64,000 bases of DNA from an archaeon (GTDB taxonomy: Archaea > Nanobdellota > Nanobdellia > Woesearchaeales > GW2011-AR9). Numbering within the stretch: position 1 is the stretch's first letter; every line of letters starts with the position of its first letter. A model generated the notes under the pieces. The model was not told the DNA's origin, ran no database searches, and was given only the letters and a program-made list of their open reading frames with translations. The position numbers and the translations under genes were made by a program. Below, one piece after another: positions 60,356-64,000 of this stretch. The DNA is taken from contig JAUYKZ010000023.1 of the NCBI GenBank assembly GCA_030704845.1, positions 14,262 through 78,261 on the forward strand. The letters are read 5' to 3'.

Positions 60356-60754
60356 ATGTTAAAAAAAAAGAATATAAAGTATTTGAAACTATTAACTTCA
60401 GAAGATATATTGGATATAACTATTCTGATAGAAACCAATGAAATCAAGAGATTTGCTATCAACTACAGAGCAAATATTCATGATGGATGGCGTGAGATTT
60501 ATCGGGTAGATAACTATCACGGCTATCTACATGAGATGAAATTTTGGCGAAATCAAGAACAAATAATTATCAAAGATAAAAATGGTTGGTCTTCAAAAGA
60601 TATTTTCAATTATTATATCGATGAGGTTACGGAAAACTTTCAAAGATATAGGATATATTTTGATAGAGCATTAAGACAAAATAGAACAGAAAGAAAAAAA
60701 AATGATAAAAATGAAACACGAATTAGAGAAGAAGGAACTAAAAAGAAAGGCTGA
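60356..60754 (+). CDS. hypothetical protein (first gene of a small overlapping operon; possibly starts at 60313 via an A9 tract)
   Basis: An upstream 43-codon ORF beginning at 60313 is in another frame. It overlaps this ORF at a run of nine A residues (60358-60366). Confidence 0.3.
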   Translation: MLKKKNIKYLKLLTSEDILDITILIETNEIKRFAINYRANIHDGWREIYRVDNYHGYLHEMKFWRNQEQIIIKDKNGWSSKDIFNYYIDEVTENFQRYRIYFDRALRQNRTERKKNDKNETRIREEGTKKKG

Positions 60755-61148
60755 ATCAATTAAAGGATTAGTTGATGATATACTTAGTGAAAAAATTGAT
60801 GTGCCAGATAACGCGTTAATTATAGATTTTGATGCAACTCAAAATATCTTTACTAAAAAAAGGATAGAGTTATTAGATACTATTAATTCTTACCAGCCGG
60901 CTTCTGTTCAAGAATTATCAGATCTTGTTAAGAGGAAAAAACAAGCGGTTGATAGAGATTTGAAGATGTTAGAAGAGTTTGATGTGATCACACTTGAAAA
61001 ACGAGGTAAGTTTACTGTACCAACTGTAAAAAGAGAGATTATAATACTCAGCATCAAGAAACCAAAACCACAAACAGAAATCATAATCAGTGCTGAGGTC
61101 TATGTTGATAGTATTAATATTAACAAAATAATGGAGATACCACAATGA
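60702..61148 (+). CDS. winged helix-turn-helix protein (MarR/ArsR-like)
   Basis: SVQELSDLVKRKKQAVDRDLKMLEEFDVITLEKRGK wHTH-like segment. Overlaps its neighbours. Confidence 0.35.
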   Translation: MIKMKHELEKKELKRKAESIKGLVDDILSEKIDVPDNALIIDFDATQNIFTKKRIELLDTINSYQPASVQELSDLVKRKKQAVDRDLKMLEEFDVITLEKRGKFTVPTVKREIIILSIKKPKPQTEIIISAEVYVDSININKIMEIPQ

Positions 61149-61402
61149 CTATTAAAAGAAAAGTAAAACGTGTTGTCGATGGAGATACTTTTGAAGTATT
61201 TAAAGCCGTTAGAGACAGCCATTTTATTCGGTTAGCTGGTGTTAACGCCCCTGAGAAATATCAGAAAGGGGGAATAGAGGCAACAAATAAACTAAGGCGT
61301 TTAATTGAGGGTAAGACTGTTACTTTAGTCCCCACAGGGAGGAGTTATGGTAGGTTGGTAAGTGATGTAAAAAGCAGTGGGAAAAAAGTAAATAAACTAT
61401 AG
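61145..61402 (+). CDS. truncated staphylococcal-nuclease-like (SNase/OB-fold) protein
   Basis: VVDGDTFEV...IRLAGVNAPEK corresponds to the DGDT...RLxGxDxPE core of thermonuclease. At 85 aa it lacks the C-terminal catalytic Arg/Tyr region. ATGA start/stop overlap with the upstream gene. Confidence 0.4.
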   Translation: MTIKRKVKRVVDGDTFEVFKAVRDSHFIRLAGVNAPEKYQKGGIEATNKLRRLIEGKTVTLVPTGRSYGRLVSDVKSSGKKVNKL

Positions 61403-61546
61403 GGTTTATGGGGGATGTACCAGAAGATGAGGGCGGCTGAGGAGAAGACGAGCAAGTGATAATGCAAGTTATGTTACTGGACAGACTTTATTTTTTGTAT
61501 ACTTGAGAGAATGTGGGTTGTGCGTCGAGATTTATAAAGCGCGTTG

Positions 61547-62425
61547 TTAGTACCGTCCCTTATCTTTGATGATGCCAGGGAGGTATGGTAGTTTCCGGTT
61601 AGAGTAAGTCATGTACGGTGATCTATATCCATCATCCCATGTATCTACCTTCGACTCATTATCTTTTGGCATACCAACAGCTACTCCGCGAGATGCTCTG
61701 CCGTTTATACCATAGTAACCATCAAAACTGAACCTGCTAATGGAGCCACGAGCAACAGGCCAGATCTTTTTATTTGGTGGCGGCAATAAAATCAGTGCTC
61801 TTTCATTACCTTCACGGATTTCTGGTGGCAGCTGTGCAAATGGTCTCGTGTACAAAAATTCAACAAGATCATCATTAAATCTATTCAATTCAACATATTC
61901 ATTAAGCGGAATTCCTGAAATTGAAAAATCTCGTCTATCGCTGAAGTTAAAAATTTTTTTATATCTATCCTTAGAATCATTCCACACTAAACCTTCCGGA
62001 TCAATATAAACAGTAAGTATGTCATCACTTCGTTTAACTGCTATGCTCATCCATTCACCATAATAATCTTCTTTTTCCATATCTTCGGCAACTATTTCCT
62101 GTTCTGCTGTTAATTTTTTTTCTAGATTTGCAATTAAAAAACCAAAGACTTCAGAAGGACGAGGATGACGCTCATAACCTTTATCGGTAAGACGAGCTAG
62201 GCTGGCATTGTAGGTAAAGACTTCTTTGAAATCTACATTACGACTATTACGAACTGCTTTCGGTTCAAAAGTTACACCATTGTAGAATGATTCAGTTTCA
62301 GCTGGTCCAGGTGATACCGAATGTAAAGGATCTTCACCCGTAACTATTGTATCTTCGAGAGATACATCTTTAGAAACTCGAAATTCTTTTCCATCCAATT
62401 CATCCAATAAATGTTTCAGTGCCAT
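61547..62425 (-). CDS. hypothetical protein
   Basis: ORF. Composition is somewhat more GC-rich than the backbone. Confidence 0.3.
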   Translation of the reverse strand: MALKHLLDELDGKEFRVSKDVSLEDTIVTGEDPLHSVSPGPAETESFYNGVTFEPKAVRNSRNVDFKEVFTYNASLARLTDKGYERHPRPSEVFGFLIANLEKKLTAEQEIVAEDMEKEDYYGEWMSIAVKRSDDILTVYIDPEGLVWNDSKDRYKKIFNFSDRRDFSISGIPLNEYVELNRFNDDLVEFLYTRPFAQLPPEIREGNERALILLPPPNKKIWPVARGSISRFSFDGYYGINGRASRGVAVGMPKDNESKVDTWDDGYRSPYMTYSNRKLPYLPGIIKDKGRY

Positions 62426-62547
62426 AACTTCTCTAAAAGAATATCTTGTTTTTAAACATATTGAAAGAATGTTCAGTTGTAAGCTAGTTTCAAAATATAG
62501 TATCCACTACATAAAACATTTTAAACAAGTACTTACGAATACCCATA

Positions 62548-63135
62548 ATGAAACTCACAACCCCCTTATTATATACTGCATTGACTTTATCTCCAGCGTG
62601 TACTGAGACAACATCGTACCAGAAAACTACAGTAGATGCTACTGCTGTAACAAAACCAGAAGTTCCTAAAGAGCGAACTATAGACGATCTCGTGAATATG
62701 AGAAAACAAGAAGCGAGAGATAAGAAAATTGGTGAGAAAGCCACAGTTATTTTACATCTACTGGGAGAAATTCGAGTTCCCCCTGAGTTTTATGCATTTG
62801 AAGCTGGCTCGTTAAGAATGGAGTGTGAGAGTAGTGCTTTTTATGCTGGTGGGTTGCGTGACCACGGTCATGAAATAAAATATAACGGAGAATTAGTTTT
62901 CTCTGATAAAGTCCTGATGAGCTATGATGGGGTTCTTCCTCAAGAGACTTCCGTTCAGATATATAATCCAAAACCTGGTGACTGGGAAAAAAGATTAGAA
63001 GAAATATATCAGAGTATTGAAGTAACTCCAGAGAAAATCGAAGAATCACTACAAAAAGGAAAGAGAAAACTAGAAAATGATAAACAAAGAGAGTTGATTA
63101 AGCTGTATGGATTAGAAGAATATTTTTCTGATTAG
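62548..63135 (+). CDS. hypothetical secreted protein
   Basis: Signal-like N-terminus. Confidence 0.3.
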   Translation: MKLTTPLLYTALTLSPACTETTSYQKTTVDATAVTKPEVPKERTIDDLVNMRKQEARDKKIGEKATVILHLLGEIRVPPEFYAFEAGSLRMECESSAFYAGGLRDHGHEIKYNGELVFSDKVLMSYDGVLPQETSVQIYNPKPGDWEKRLEEIYQSIEVTPEKIEESLQKGKRKLENDKQRELIKLYGLEEYFSD

Positions 63136-63298
63136 ATTACGGTGATCGATGATTGGTTTTAGTCAGTGTTGGTAGAGTGACAAAGAAATAGTGATTATGT
63201 ACAGTTTGTATCATATAATTCTAACTACAACTTAACCAGTTCACGGCCGATGATCTTCTTCGAGTACTTCGCAACCACGTTGAGCATGGTGCTGTACT

Positions 63299-63943
63299 TC
63301 ATGACGAAGAGTGGCGTGTCCTGCTCGTAACGACCGGGATGTTGAGAAAGCCACTCACGCAGGTACTTCGCGGCTCGGTAGCACGAGGTTCGAGGTACAT
63401 ACCCTGGCCATTACTGAACTCTCCGTACCACCCCGTGTCGTCGTCGAAGAGGTCGGAGAGCATCGAGCTGCCGCAGAGGTAGCGCCTCACCAGCACTTGG
63501 TTCAGGACGTTGGGTGCATCGCCACACACGCAATTGACCCCGCAGTGGCAGTCGGCAGGGCAGGACGCGCATGTTTCTCCGCCTCCGCACGCGCCATCGC
63601 CACAGCGGGGTCGCGGGATGCACGAATTGCCGACGCAGTCTTCGTTGGCGGCACACGTGTTAGGACAGCTTCCTCCGCAGCCGTCTGTCCCGCACTCCTT
63701 GTTAGCGCAGCTCCGGACGCAGCCTACACAGGTTCCGTTCAGGCAGCCATTGACACAGTCCTCGACAACGCGGACGTTCTGGCCACAGACATCGAATTCC
63801 CAGAGGTCACCCACGCCGCAGCGTCGACCCGCAATGTTCGGTGCGCAGTAGCCCGGTTGCCCTGGAGATCCGGTACAGGTGTGATCCTGATGACATTGGT
63901 AGTCCCATTCGCAGGGCGGAGTGCAGCGGCCACCCTGGCACAC
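63299..63943 (-). CDS. cysteine-rich repeat protein (CGDG/CxxC repeats), probably N-terminally incomplete at the window edge; GC-rich gene
   Basis: Repeated C-x-x-C-G-D-G-like units (RCGDGACGGGETCASC, CGTDGCGGSC). GC-rich codon usage unlike the rest of the window. The minus-strand frame is chosen over overlapping plus-strand ORFs because of the regular Cys spacing. Confidence 0.35.
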   Translation of the reverse strand: MCQGGRCTPPCEWDYQCHQDHTCTGSPGQPGYCAPNIAGRRCGVGDLWEFDVCGQNVRVVEDCVNGCLNGTCVGCVRSCANKECGTDGCGGSCPNTCAANEDCVGNSCIPRPRCGDGACGGGETCASCPADCHCGVNCVCGDAPNVLNQVLVRRYLCGSSMLSDLFDDDTGWYGEFSNGQGMYLEPRATEPRSTCVSGFLNIPVVTSRTRHSSS

Positions 63944-64000
63944 CCAACCTGGCCGGCATTCGTTATCGACGTTGCAGAGGGAGCACCAGTCGCCGAGTGG

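Noticed and set aside
63411-63933. Additional ORFs in several frames within the GC-rich block (63411-63656 minus, 63510-63851 plus, 63739-63933 minus)
   Set aside because: High-GC DNA is open in most frames. These translations are Arg/Pro/Ala-rich low-complexity without structure. The Cys-repeat frame is the plausible gene.
1-64000. Bacterial (CPR) rather than archaeal origin for the whole window, prompted by sigma-70, RsuA, Dus, ThyA/DHFR
   Set aside because: The initiator tRNA with A1:U72, intron-containing tRNA, RpoM/TFS, Sec11-type peptidase, Bud32, Dph2, CDP-archaeol synthase and TATA boxes at -26 are collectively diagnostic of archaea. The bacterial-type genes are better explained as acquisitions.

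Overview
The window is visibly AT-rich and gene-dense, and I read it as an archaeal chromosome segment, probably from a small-genome DPANN-like lineage. Archaeal markers are an initiator tRNA-Met with an A1:U72 pair, a tRNA-Leu split by a bulge-helix-bulge-type intron of about 49 nt, RpoM/TFS, a Sec11-type signal peptidase, Bud32, archease, Dph2, deoxyhypusine synthase, CDP-archaeol synthase, a CDP-alcohol phosphatidyltransferase and a CDC48 AAA ATPase. Likely promoters place a TATA box about 26 nt upstream of start codons, which suggests leaderless transcripts. Several bacterial-type genes sit on this backbone: a complete sigma-70 family sigma factor, a thyA-folA-tmk block facing a kinase/dCMP-deaminase fusion, an RsuA-family pseudouridine synthase, Dus and a homospermidine-synthase-like enzyme. 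Other notable content includes two tandem class-II-like ribonucleotide reductases next to a PduO-type corrinoid adenosyltransferase, one carrying a LAGLIDADG intein at the catalytic cysteine. Dph2 is split by an in-frame TAG. CDC48 carries an inserted coiled-coil segment of about 220 aa. There is an internally duplicated, lysine-rich histone-H1-like small protein. A perfect 97-bp inverted repeat pair lies about 26.5 kb apart. Two MITE-like elements show terminal inverted repeats and 8-9 bp flanking direct repeats. Long intergenic palindromes recur, some sharing AAAGTG or AAAATGCGTTAA arms. An accessory stretch from about 57 to 63.2 kb holds a Fic gene bracketed by matching hairpins, small overlapping genes and a truncated SNase. 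At about 63,237 the composition switches abruptly to GC-rich, encoding a cysteine-rich repeat protein. I found no rRNA genes and no CRISPR array. All protein calls come from motif recognition by eye with no database search, and coordinates are approximate.
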